Part shown: one piece after another, positions 1 to 13,800 of the stretch
Position numbering within the stretch: the stretch's first letter is position 1
How the letters are laid out: each line of letters opens with the position of its first letter
DNA from: Paraspadella gotoi
Taxonomy: Eukaryota > Animalia > Chaetognatha
Assembly (NCBI GenBank): GCA_051294375.1
Contig: CM119263.1
Location: 9,974,432 to 10,038,431 of the forward strand
DNA length: 64,000 nt
Reading direction: 5' to 3'
Made by a program: the position numbers and the translations under genes
The notes under the pieces: model-generated
Told to the model about the DNA's origin: nothing
The model's input: the letters and a program-made list of their open reading frames with translations, nothing else
Databases searched by the model: none

Positions 1-3000
1 GATAAGCCTGAACTATATGAGGTCCACTTGCAAACGGAGAGCTTCCTGGTTGCAACTTCATAGCTGCTACTGCTGCAGACGTAGCCATGTTTGCTGTTAT
101 AGAAAAATGAACTTTAGATTAAAAATCCTTTAAAAAATAAAACCTAACAACCCATTTTCAAGTCATTTTAAGTCACCTATCCTTGAGAAACACCGAAAAT
201 ACTTACTTGAATGAGAAGAAATAGGTAATTGCATAGTGGTAGCTGATGAAACGTTCGGTTGTAAAGTGGGCGCACCCGATTGAGGTGGTGTTGTAATTTG
301 GATCTGTTGGATCTGTTGGTATTGTTGAATTTGCTGTCCGATAACCATTGGAACCTTCATTAACAAAAATACACAAATATACAGCAAAATTCCATTTTGA
401 ACAAAACAAAAATGATAAAAAGTGGGAAGGACTGGGAAAACGTTGAAGAAATATTTTTTTAATATTAAATAATATGACAATAGGAAAAAACTTTCATGTT
501 TCTAATACACGTAACTAAATGACTATAAAATTTATGTATAACAAACGTATTATGCTTGATCACTTTTTAGCAAAGTTTTAGCTCAAACAACCCGACATTA
601 TAAGAAATAGGCCACATTTACTTACAATCACGTGACCATAGTTTTGGGTGAACTTAATAGAGGCAACATGACCGAAGTTATAAACCCTTGAAACATAAGT
701 GGGACAGACCGATGGACACTGGACACAGTGAACAGACATACCGACCAACCGACCGAAAAGTGACTTATAGAAAATTAATTTATAAACAGAAAGAAAAATT
801 CTAATTTGCGATTGTTAATTAAAAAAAATAATGAAGTACCGAGGAAAATTAAAGTTACAGTTTCTGGAAAAAAAAGGAAAAACAATAAAATTTTTCATTG
901 TCAAAAAAAAACAACTAATCAGCAGAGGCAGCCCCTGAGAAAAAAAAAAAGAAATAAAAACCCGATTTTGCGATTCAAAATGATAACATGCAGAAATGCG
1001 ATGCCTAACTTTACGAGTTCAATCCTATTTCAATTTTTTCAAAGAGAGAGAGAGAGAGAGAAAAAAAAAAAAGAAATCAAAAGGCAGCAGCAGAAGCAGC
1101 AGGAGAAAAGAGAGAAAAAGAATAAGCCCCTGCAGAGCCAGCTGCAGACTCGTTTTTTTCCCCTATGAATCAGTGACGAGGGAAAAGAGAGAGAGAGAGA
1201 GAGGGAGAGAGACATATAATTAGAACAGAAAAGAGAGAGAGAAAGAAATATAAAAATAAAAGAGAAAATTAGTTTGTTTTGATAAAATGTAAACAAAACA
1301 TATTTAATAACTGTCCTGACTCAATTTTAAGCACATTGATGATGAGAAACTATATAAATTTTCAGCTTCATACACCCAAATTTAATGATAAAAAAGACGA
1401 TCTATAATTTGGAACACCGAAGACAACAACTACGACGACGACGCCACTTTTATCGTCGCAAACGCAAAGCGATTGCGACGATAAAAATGTTTTTTTCCCT
1501 ATGATCACTTCCTGTTCATCACTTCCCAATCTACTTTTCCTGATGTTGATTCCAAATTATTAATGCTATGTTATCGATACAATGATAACGATACAATAAT
1601 GCGATAATAATAAATACGATAATAATCAATCATTGATGTGATGATAATCGATCATTAATCAATGATACAATGTTGGATGAATGCGACAAGAAAATTCATG
1701 AATTAATAAAGAGAGAGAGAAACATAACAAGATCATAACCAATTAAAATTTATCAATCAATGATTTAACCAAATTAACATTTAATCAATCAGAGATAGAG
1801 AAAAACTTTTAAAAATTTAAATAAATGTTTTTTTGGTTTTCTAATTAAAACTCTTTGCCAATCCTATGATTCCATAAAAACTTTATATGCAGCTTAATCA
1901 TATACCTTCCTACCCTCACAGAAAATTCCATTTCAATTTATCTATTCAATTTTTAATAAATTTAAACAAAATTTCATTCCAATCCATCCATCCATCCAAT
2001 CACGAGTTTTTTGCTAAGGGGGACGGACAGACAGACGGACATTTTTTTTGCATAATTTATCGATTAGAGACAGTTTGAGTTTAATTTTGACAACGTTCTT
2101 ATTTTAATGCAAAACAGACATGTTTCGGCTTCATTTCAAGCCTTCATCAGCGTTAATGCTGATCGTCCCAAACAACGAAAAGAAAGGATTTATATTCACA
2201 ATACATAATTTATCATATTTTGATGTTCCGACTTGATTTAAGGGGACCCAGTGATAAAAATGATATTATAAGCTTAAGGGTCTATAATCAAAGGAATTTT
2301 AATGGTGAAGTCCAATTTTTCTTTGCACGGGAAAATGGTTAAAAAATTCCTATCTTTTATTGTAGCGGAAACAAAATTTTTATTAATTATCAAAAAAAAA
2401 TTTAGTTGATCCTACCTAAATATTTATATTTTACTAAATTCCAAATTTTTATTTTTTATTGTACAAAGCTACAATTTTAGGTTTAAGCTTCATTGAACAA
2501 AGGCTTTCAAGGATTAATAGGCGGTTTTCCTAACATCTTCCCCAACGTCGTAGAAAATTAATTAAATAAACACTAGTTTTACCTGCGTTTGATGCTGCAT
2601 CGGTGGCTGTATTCCAGTGTATGAGTTTGGATCGATGTAATTACTAGTCAGTGCACCAGGTTGAACAGGATATCCCCTGTCTGGCCCGTAAGTAGAAGGT
2701 TCCTAAATTATATAATAATATATAATAATCCTCCATAATGTCTGTGATCCAAAACCATTTTCATACGTATTTTCGAATCTAATTTAATTAACGAGTGCCA
2801 TCGTTGTGAGTCTTGGCTACAAAACTGCCACGGATTGGCCCTTGTGGTTGGCAGCCAAATGCTGAACGAAAATTTATTGATTTTTTCATTTTATTACGAA
2901 AAATTAAAACCTCACTAAAGAATAAACATCCTCGATTAATTTGTAGTTCCAATAGTTAAATGGGTTCCGGGTACCAAGTTTGAAAGTTATAAATCATTTA

Positions 3001-4809
3001 TTTATGCATTGATAATTATTTATTGATACTATGACAATTTATGGATGATAACTGATGTCGATTACGATTCATTGAAGCAAAAATAAAGATTTATTGACGA
3101 TAACTACTATTAACCAGTTGTCGATATCGATTTAAATATAATATAAATATATAAATTTTCAGCTTCATATACCCAAATTTAATCATAAAAAAGGCGATCG
3201 ATAAGTTGGAACGCCGACGACGACGACAACGGCGCCTACGCCACTTATGCGCAAAAGCGTTACGAGATCGTCGCAAACGCAAAGCGATTGCAACGATAAA
3301 AACGTTATTTTGAAAAAAAATTATGAAAAAATTTAGAAAAAAACGAATGATTGATGCGAAAACAAATTATGTGATATTATTTGATTATTGATGCAATGAT
3401 AAATTATTGATGGGATGATATCAAATTATTTATGTGATGATACCAAATTATTTATGTGATAAGGAATCATTGATAGGAAAAAGTTTAAAAAATGCAATGA
3501 ATCAATAAAAACGAAATGAAATGAATTGAATAAAATGAATTGAATAAAAGAAATTTAAATTTTAATGAAATGAGTTTAATGAGATTAAATATAAATTTAT
3601 TAAATTAAAATAGTATGAACTGAATTAATTAAATTGAACGAATATAATCAATTAATTAGCAAAGAGAATTTGTTTTTATTTCGACAACGATTTTATTTTT
3701 AATACAAAACAGACATGTTTTTTTTGTATTAAAAATAAAAAAATTATCCAAAGATGCTGATGATGATTATAAATAGTTTTTCATATTTTTCACCCACTTA
3801 TGATCAAAATATCGAAAAAAGAATTATACTTTGTGCAGACAACTTTTTACAAGCTTCCTGAATCTTATCTTAAAAATAAAAAAATCCAAAAACAATTTTT
3901 AGCCTTTCCTATTTATAAATAAATATTGTGGTAAAAACCTTTCTTTTTTCGTTGTTATATGTATTGAGGCAAAATGGTTTTGGTTTACAACGAATTTCAT
4001 TTTTCATAGAAAACGTACATGTTTCGGCTTTAGATGCAAGCCTTCTTCAGCGTCAAATAAATCTGTCTAATATTTTTACAAACTAAACTGACGCTGAAGA
4101 AACATGTACGTTTTCATCTTGAAAATAAATTGTTATTGCCAATTATTTCAAACTTTGCCTCTAATATGTAAATGCATAAAATTAGTTGAAAGGAAAAACG
4201 AAAAAAAAGGAGAAAGTAAAAAAAATACTGAAAGGGCAGAAAAAAAAGAGAGAAAAAGGGGGGAAAGGAGGGGAAAAGAGAGAAAGAAAAAAAAAGGAAC
4301 ATAAGAGTATAAAGTTTGGGGGAAGAAAGAATAAGAGAGATTAGGATAGAAAAAAGATTGGGGTTGATAATAAAAAAGGAAAAAAAAAAAACATTGAAAA
4401 AATGGAGAAGAGAGAGAGGGGGGAAAATATGGTGAGAAAGGGAGAGGAGAATAAGAGAGGACGGGAAAAAAAATATTTTCTTTTAAAAAATCACAGATTT
4501 CCTAACAAATAATAACAAAAATTGTATTTGAAAATTAACCGAATTTAACCGTTAAAATAAATATATTATATATATATTAACGGTTAAGTTAAAATTATAA
4601 TTAACCGTTAATAACCATTAACTTTTAACGCTTATCGAAGACATGGACAGATGAAGAAAGCAAGGTTGGGGGCAACCCATTTTTTGGTCATTGACTAGTA
4701 TTGCTCCGTATAAATTTTTTACCCCTCTCTTTTTCTAATTCTCTCTCTCTCTCTCTCTCTCTTGTTTTATTTTGTGCCTAAAGCCCCATTGAATAAATTC
4801 AAATTCAAA

Positions 4810-4850
<41 letters not shown>

Positions 4851-7800
4851 AAAGTTTACTTTTTCTCATTATTTTCACTGAGGATGACATACTTATAAAC
4901 TTATTCACCAATTATCTCAATTATGAACATATAGGGTAGTGCGGGGTAATTCGGAACACTTTTGGAAGTAATCAAATTTTCGCATAGTAAATTTATTTTA
5001 AAAAAAAGTATTCATTTTTATCCTGCGGCCCCTAGAGGTCGCATTTTTTAAAAAAATAGAAAAGTGTTCCGTTTTACCCCACCCTGGGGTAAAACGGAAC
5101 AGTTGATAAATTATGTATAATTTTTTATAATATTACAAAAAATAATAACTAAAACACTATTATTCAAAACATAAAGCCTTTCATTGATGTTTTATGTATA
5201 AAAAAATGAAAATCTTATATTTTTAAGTGCTTAAAATGATTTTTAATACCATGTTCTCAGTTTTGCAAAATTATTGAATGACAATAGATACCAAATTTAT
5301 ATATATTTTATTTATCGTATTTTTGACTGAGTTTTTTATTTCCTTCCATTCCTGCATTTTGTCCCCAACTTCCTTTTCCTTGCCCCTTTTTTTATTTCCA
5401 ATGTTATTTTTTCTTATTCTTTTTATTTATCATTTATATTTATCTTTAAAAATTTAGCTTATTTTTATTTCCTTTTCAAAATATTTTTATTCATATTATT
5501 TTTATATTAATTTCATCTTAATTTTTTCTTTTACTAATTTTTTAACCATATTTAGGTGTTAAATTCCATTCCAAACTTTTTTATTGCTAAAAATAGATTT
5601 TTTTACTGTATTATTAATAGTATAATAATTTTTTCCACCTAATTATATAAAAAATGTTGCAAACTCTTATTATTACTGAGTAAATTATCACTAAAACTTT
5701 ATAAAAAGCATATTAGGTAACACAGAATACTTACTTTAGAGGTGTTCCGTTTTACCCCAATTTAATTGTAGCTATATAAAAAATAATTGAATTATTTTTT
5801 CGAAATAATATATACAATAACTAAAAAATAGTAGTCTCGTCTATCAGATATGAATATTCCATAGTCATATTACGTCAAATATGACAGTGACAGAGGCTTG
5901 AAAACGACTACTCAAAGACGAAATTTGACTAGCAGCTTTGAAATTGCTGCTGCAGCCGAATGCTGTAACTGCTGTAATGGAAAGTCAAGTTGGTGAAATA
6001 TTAAATGAACAAAAAAAATTATAAAATATCTATACACAATTTTTCTATTTCATTTTATATGTCAATGTTCCGAATTACCCCGCACTACCCTACTCGAACT
6101 ATATCAAAAATAAAATATACTTTTAATTAATATTCAACGTACTAAGTTTATAACCTGAGGATAATATCCCTGTTGAAGGGCCGGCAAATTGGGAGTAGGA
6201 ACTTTCGAAAACGAATTTTGCATTTGGGGCTGAGTCCGTGAAGCTTCCGTTCCTTCCAAATGCGAAGGAAAATGAGCTAATTGAGATCCAGCAGCTTGAG
6301 ATGAAGAACAATTCTGGGACAGTTGCAGAGTTTGTTGGTGCAGGGACATAGGGCCCGGCGTCGCCGAGTAAGAATTAACTACGTTCGCTTGAGCCTAAAA
6401 GAAAAATAATTTTAATGTAGTACAATAAGCAATTAATAAGATTTCCGACAGTTCTTAGAATAACTTGCATCTAATAAATACGTGCTATTTATGTATATAT
6501 ATTATATATATATACTATTCAGCTTTTAGGCAGCAACAACAACGAATACCTGCGAATGTACAGAGTGCGCTGCCTGAGCCATTTGTGCAACTTGAGCTAT
6601 TTGAACGGCCTGAGCCGCCTGAGCAGCTTGAGCCGCCTGAGCGGCTTGAGCGGCCTGTGCAGCTTGCGCTGCTTGTGCTGCTTGAGCAGCTTGAGCGGCC
6701 TGAGCAGCTTGCGCTGCTTGAGCTGCCTGAGCAGCTTGAGCCGCCTGAGCAGCTTGAGCCGCCTGAGCAGCTTGAGCCGCCTGAGCAGCTTGAGCCGCCT
6801 GAGCAGCTTGAGCCGCTTGACCTGCCTGAGCAGCTTGAACTGCCTGAGCAGCGTGAACAGCATGCGCAGCTTGAACAGCCTGAGCAGCTTGAGCAGCATG
6901 AGATGCCTGAGTTGCTTGAGCTCCCTGCGCTGCCGGAAACGCCAGAGCAGTCTGAGCGGCTTGGGCTTGCATAGAATACACATCACTGCTTCCTCCACGA
7001 TTGATGACAGGATATCCATAGGAATCTGATGGGATGAAAATTTTTTAAAATAAAATGATCCCTCCAGCAACAAAGTGCTATTTAATGTAAGTGGGACAGA
7101 CGGACAGATATACCGACCGACCAAAAAGTGACTCCATAACTAATAAAACTGTGGTAAGTCGCCTCAACGGCATATTTTTAGTCGGATCTCGGCTCTATAA
7201 TCTACTTCGTCGGTCCTACCCAAAATCGGTATGTCAGAACATCAAATTATGATAAATTATGCAAAAATATTAAAAGTATAGTTATCTTAGCAGACTTTAC
7301 TTTCAAAGAAAATTAATGAAAAAATCTTAAAAGCACAATGATACATTGCTTAATATAAGTAAGGGGAAAAAAAGAAGATTGATGCAATGATAACGAATTA
7401 TTGATGCAACGATAACGTGCTCATTAGAGTGGAGCACTCAAGAACAAAAAAATTATTTGAATGATCGAACAACGATATTTAGATGTGAGATAGTATGATT
7501 AACTAGTACAAAAAATATTTTGTTCATATTGTTTTAAGAACAAAATAATAAAATATGAAATATTTGTAATAATATTCTTATAAAATAATAAATTTTAAAT
7601 ATAATTTTTTCAAAACTTTTAATAAACATTCAGATTCTTCATAAAAAGTAAAATCAAAAATATAAAACATGTTATCAAAAATTCTGTCATCTTCAGCATT
7701 TAAAACGGGAAAAAAGATAAAAATTCAGAACTTTTTTATTCTCTGTAATAAAAACTTATATATGTTAAAACGTTTTGGTCATTTTTTGCGATCCAAACAT

Positions 7801-10800
7801 ATAACATATAAAATATAATATAAAATAATATTAAATGAATGGATAATTTTTATATTGGTTGTACCAATTTCATAACATATTTATCTAAGTTTCTTAGTTT
7901 TTTACGGCGAATCCAAATCTGTTCTTAAAAATAAAAAAAAATCTTAAAAGCATAAGGATCGTCACAATTGCATAAGAAAAATCTAGATTGATGACAAATT
8001 TTGATACTAAAAAATATAAAATTTGAGAAAAGAAAATTTATTTTATTAACTAGAAAGAAAAATTCTATTTTGCGATTGTCAATTAAGAAAAATAATAAAG
8101 TACCAAGGAAAATTAAAGTTACAGTTTCTGAAAAATAAAAGAAAAAAAATATTATTGTCAAAAAATAAACTGATCAGCTGACGCAGCCCCTGAAAAAAAA
8201 ACGAAATAAAAACCCAATGTTGCGATAGCAAAATGATAACATGCACGAACGCAATGTCTAATTTTATGAGTTAAATCCTAATTCAATTTTTTTTTAAATA
8301 AAGACGCAGAGAGAGAGAAGAAAGAGAGAAACAAAAAAAAGAAAGCAAAAGGCAGCAGCAGAAACAACAGGAGAAAAGAGAGAAAAAGAAAGAGCCCCTG
8401 CAGAGCCAGCTGCAGACTCGTTTTTTTCCGATGAATAAGCACCTGGGAAAAGAGAGAGAGAGAGCTACATATAATTAAAGGAGAAAAGAGAGAGAGAAAG
8501 AGACATAAAAATAAAATAGAGGATATTTATTTGTTTTTATAAAACGTAAACAAAACATTTAATAACTGTCCTGACCCAATTTTAAGGACATCAATGATGA
8601 GAAGCTGTAAATAAATTTTCAGCTTCATACACCCAAATTTAATCATGAAAAAGGCGAACTATAATTTGGAACGCCAACGACGACGACTACATCACTTATG
8701 CCAAAAGCGTTACAAGATCGTCGCAATCGCTTTCAAAAAGAAAGAGTAATATAAATAGTAAAACTATAAAGAAAAATCTTAAAAGCATAAGGATCGTCGC
8801 AATTGCATAAGAAAAATCTGGATTGACGACAAATTTTAGACTAAAAAAAAATCAAATTTGAGAAAAGAAAAATAATTTATAAACAAAGAAAAAGAAGAAA
8901 AGAATAAATATAAAGAAAGAATAAAAAGGAAAAAAAGAATAAAGGAAAGAAAAAATAGAAAGGAAAGAAAAAATAGAAAGGAAAGAAAAAATAGAAAGGA
9001 AAGACAAAATAGAAAGGAAAGACAAAATAGAAAGGAAAGACAAAATAGAAAGGAAAGACAAAATAGAAAGGAAAGACAAAATAGAAAGGAAAGAAAGAAT
9101 AGAAAGGAAAAAAAGAATATAAAGGAAAGAAAGAATAGAAAGGAAAAAAAGAATAAAAAGGAAAGAGGAATAAAAAGGAAAGAGGAATAAAAAGGAAAGA
9201 ATTAATAAAAAGGAAAGAAGGAATAGAAAAGAAAAAAGAATAGAAAGGAAAGAAAGAATAGAAAGGGAAGAAAGAATAGAAAGGAAAGAAAAAATAGAAA
9301 GGAAAGAAAAAATAAAAAGGAAAGAAAGAATAGAAAGGAAAGAAAGAATAGAAAGGAAAGAAAGAATAGGAAAGAATAGAAAAAAAGAAAGAATAGAAAG
9401 GAAAGAAAGAATAGAAAGGAAAGAAAGAATAGAAAGGAAAGAAAGAATAGAAAGGAAAGAAAGAATAGAAAGGAAAAAAATAAAAATAAAAATAAAGAGA
9501 GAGTGACGAGAAGAAAGAACGAAACAAAATCTCGATGTTGCGATAGCAAAATGATAACATGCACAAATGCGAAGCCTAATTTTACGAGTTCAATCATTCA
9601 ATTTTTTTTTTTTAATAAAAACTCAGAGAGAGAGAGAGAGAGAGAGAAGCCAAATCCTTTTTCAGACGAATCAGCAGCGGCAGAGGCACCCAGAAAAAAA
9701 GAAAAATCAAAAGCCAGCAGCAGAAGCAGCAGGAGAAAAGAGAGAAAAAGAATAAGCCCCTGCAGAGCCAGCTGCAGAGAAAGAAATCAAAAGGCAGCAG
9801 CAGGAGAAAAGAGAGAAAAAGAATAAGCCCCTGCAGAGCCAGCTGCAGACTCGTTTTTTTCCTTATGATTATGAATCAGTGATTAGGGAAAAGAGAGAGG
9901 GAGAGAGACATGTAATTAAAAGAGAAAAGAGAGAGAGAAAGAAATATGAAAATAAAAGAGAGAAAATTTGTTTGTTTTGATAAAACGTAAATAAAACATT
10001 TAATAACTGTCCAGACTCAATTTTAAGCACATCGATGATGAGAAACTGTATAGAAATTTTCAGCTTCATACACCAAAATTTAATCATCAAAAAGGCGATC
10101 TATAATTTGGAACGCCGACGACAATGACGACGCCACTTATGGGCAAAAGCGTTACAATATCGTCGCAAACGCTTAGCGATTGCGACGATAGTAAAAGATG
10201 GAATTCCGGTGCAGTGCGTATTAGTTGAGTGATGAAAAAATTGAGCGATTGAACATTATTTTTTTGCTGCCTAAGGATAAGTAATTAACTAATTTTAAAT
10301 CCTTTTAAAACATTTTTTAAAACATTTTTTTTAGCATAGTAGTATAATAAATTCAATTATTTATGTAATAATATCCTTGTGTTAAGTTCCTTTCATTTCG
10401 TTGTTTCTGCCTTTCCTAATAATATTCTTATAAAATCATTAAATTTCAAAATATTTTATGAAATTAATCAAATGAAATGAATTGAATGAAATGATGTCAA
10501 TAAAATTAATTGAATGAATAAAATTAAATTTAAATTTCTTTAATTAAAATAAATAAAAGAATTGAGATAAACAAATTAATAAATCGAGTAAAAAAATTTA
10601 AAATTATGAACTGAATTAATTAAATTGAACGAATTTAATTAATTAAAAAAATTGTAGGAGAGATAAAGAGATAGAAAATGAAAGAAAACGATACAATGAG
10701 AAATTAAAAAATTTTAAAAGCATAAGGATCGTCGCAATCGGATAAGAAAAATCTGGATTAACGACAAATTTTGATACTAAAAAAAAAAAATTTGAGAAAA

Positions 10801-13800
10801 GAAAATTATAAAAAAAGAACAAATATTTTGTGATTGTCAATATAAAAAAAGTACGGAAGAAAATTAAAGTTACAGTTTCTGAAAAAAAAGAAAAAAAAAT
10901 TTTTATTGACAAAAAATTGACTGATCAGCAGACGCAGTCCCTAAGAAAAAAAAACGGAATAAAAACCCGATGTTGCGATACCAAAATGATAACATGCACG
11001 AATGAGAAGCTTAATTTTACGAGTTCAATCCTAATTCAATTTTTTTTTTAATAAAAACGCAGAGAGAGAGAGAGAGAGAGAGAGAAAAAAAAGAAATTAA
11101 TCAAAAGGCAGCAGCAGAAACAGCAGAAGAAAAGAGAGAAAAAAAAAGAGCCACTGCAGACTCAAAAGGCAGAAGCAGCAGGAGAAAAGAGAGAAAAAGA
11201 ATAAGCCCCTGCAGAGCCACATTATGAATCAGTGACTAGGGAAAAGAGAGAGGGAGAGAGACATGTAATTAAAAGAGAAAAGAGAGAGAGAAAGAAATAT
11301 GAAAATAAAAGAGAGAAAATGTGTTTGTTTTAATAAAACGTAAACAAAACATTTAATAACTGTCCAGACTCAATTTTAAGCACATCGATGATGAGAAGCT
11401 GTATATAAATTTTCAGCATCATATACCCGATTGCGACGATAAAAAACAAGAATCAATCGTGAATCCTAATAGTTTTATATAAAAATATATTTTGCGAGAA
11501 TTCTTTCTTTTCGTTGTGTATCGAACTTACAACGATGGGATTTTATTTAAAACTGACATGTTTCGGCTTTACCTCGTCTTTATCTCAATAAAAATAGATA
11601 TAATTATTTTGTAAATAAAACAAACAAATCCGATTATTGATATGAAACATGAAAAATTCAAAGATCTTGATGATGAGAAACCAAATCTAAATTTTTAGCT
11701 TCCAATGATTACAACGACGTCACAAAGAAGCAATAATAAACGAATATCACGCCCAGATGCTTATTGCTTACCGTTTAATGATCGTAGGCAGATCCAGCAT
11801 TGTTTGCTCAAACTTGTTCTAAAGTAAAGAATCAAACCTGTATACGCCGAAGAAGAGACCACTGTTGATGGAGCAGAAGTTGGTGTAAGGGCCCCAGTAC
11901 CATAAACGGTTACGCCGCTTCCCATATAGGCGGCCGCAGCAACTGCCGATGGATTGTAAGGTATCCCAACTTGTTGTCCCTGAGAAGACTGAGGCATGCC
12001 TTGCTGGGACGGATAAGGTGGTGAAGTCATTGAACTCCAGGAAGAAGTAGGAGCCGGAGAAGGAATGACGCCAGGAATAGGGTTTGGTTCGACGGTATTG
12101 TGCTTAAATGAAAACAACACTACCATAAATGATTATTGATTAATTGAAGTAGGAGTCTACGTCGTTCTTAGAGATCGAGGAAGACTTTTTCAATGGAGAT
12201 TTTCGTTCAAATCTGACTACCAAACAATATAAACGCTCCTGGTAAAAATTCTGGTAAAATATTGATGTAAAAACACTTGATTCCGATCCTGTTGCATCTG
12301 AAGGGCTCGCATTTTTTTTCTCTTGTCAAATCGTCAACATCTTGATATCAAATAAGCCAGAACAAATAGACTGCTTCTGGATGGAAAAAATTTTCCATCT
12401 CTGATTTTATATAGAAATGAAAGGGATTTTTTTTCTTGAAAACGATATAAACGTGACTGAGGTATGTTCCTGTTCAACAAATGAGGTCCAATTTTGGAAT
12501 CCTTTGGCAAAGTGTCTGAAGGGCTCTCAAAATTTTTCTTTACATTTTATTAGGTTATTTTGATATGATACGATCATGGTAAAGTGAATTAGTCCATTTT
12601 GGTGAAATTTTTATTTAAAGTAAAAGTAAAAGAGGAGCTAACGATCGGAATTCTAAGAGTTTTCAACCGGGAGTCAGATTCGGGAAAAATCTTCTATGGC
12701 GAAAATCTTCCAAAGAAGGGGTGAATTTTCCGAAGATTTTGGTTAATATTTTCTATATTTATAGTCGGATTTTTTTGAAACTTAATATTAACAATATTGC
12801 CATCATTCTACCTTGGCCGGTATAAGAATATATTAAAAAAACCTCGGGCTTTGTTCGTCAGAGCTTAGTCCTAATTGAAGGAATAATGACGGTTTGTTTT
12901 TTGGAAAACCTGATAAACGGTTGGTGGCATCAAGGGCCCAGGAGGCAGAGATGGACGATGCTGGGGCGACGTCAAAGGATGAGCTGAAATTTTGTGACAA
13001 ATTCTAAAGTTTTGCTAAATGTGCATAAAATTTAACTAACATTTCAAATAATATGTATAGTATGTATATGATATGATAGAATTAATATAAACCGATGCCT
13101 TTTAATTCTTGTACCAGATATAGAAGCTGTTGAAGTCAATGCCGAATTAACTGGTAGTCGCTGAGGTAAAGGACTAGCGCCAAGTGTGGGAAGAAGCGGT
13201 TTAGGAGTTATGCTCGGAGGTGGCCCGGTCGGAGGCGGTCCAGAAAGAGGACCTATAGGGAAGGTATACGGTAATATTCACTAGACAGTGTGTCCCATTG
13301 GTACTGTCGGTTAAGAAAAGCTCACTGCTCCTAAACCAGATCGATAAACTTTAAATCAATATAATGAATATGCGCACAAGTATGCACCATTTTATAGGAT
13401 ACCTAAATTTAAAAAAATTAACGAAGCAAACTCCTGTAGTTATTGTAATTATTAACCTATTCAGCTATAAATCAACAAGGTTAATCAAAATTAACAAAAT
13501 TGTTAAATAAAAAATTGCCCAAGAGGAGGCTTGGAATAATCATTAAATTATTGTTAACCATTTTAATATAGTCTTTCTCAAGCTTTTCTATGATACCATT
13601 ATAAACAATAATTGGTTCGAGCAATATAGTTTAAATAGGTCAGATATTTGAAAAAAAATATTTTAAAAATTTATTATTTCAATCTTAATTATCTTGATTA
13701 ATTTATGATTGATTAATTAATTATTTAATTCAAATAATATTTAATGAATTATTTTATTAATTGATTAATTGGTTGATTAATTAATTGATTTATTAATTAA

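Noticed and set aside
6465-7124. Overlapping ORFs in four frames (EQLEPP, LSSLSR, LKLLRR repeats)
   Set aside because: By-products of a stop-free 9-bp repeat; only the AAQ frame has phase-compatible splice sites.
8852-9826. Phe/Tyr/Ser-rich and Lys/Glu/Arg-rich ORFs
   Set aside because: Translations of the minisatellite and HINE body.
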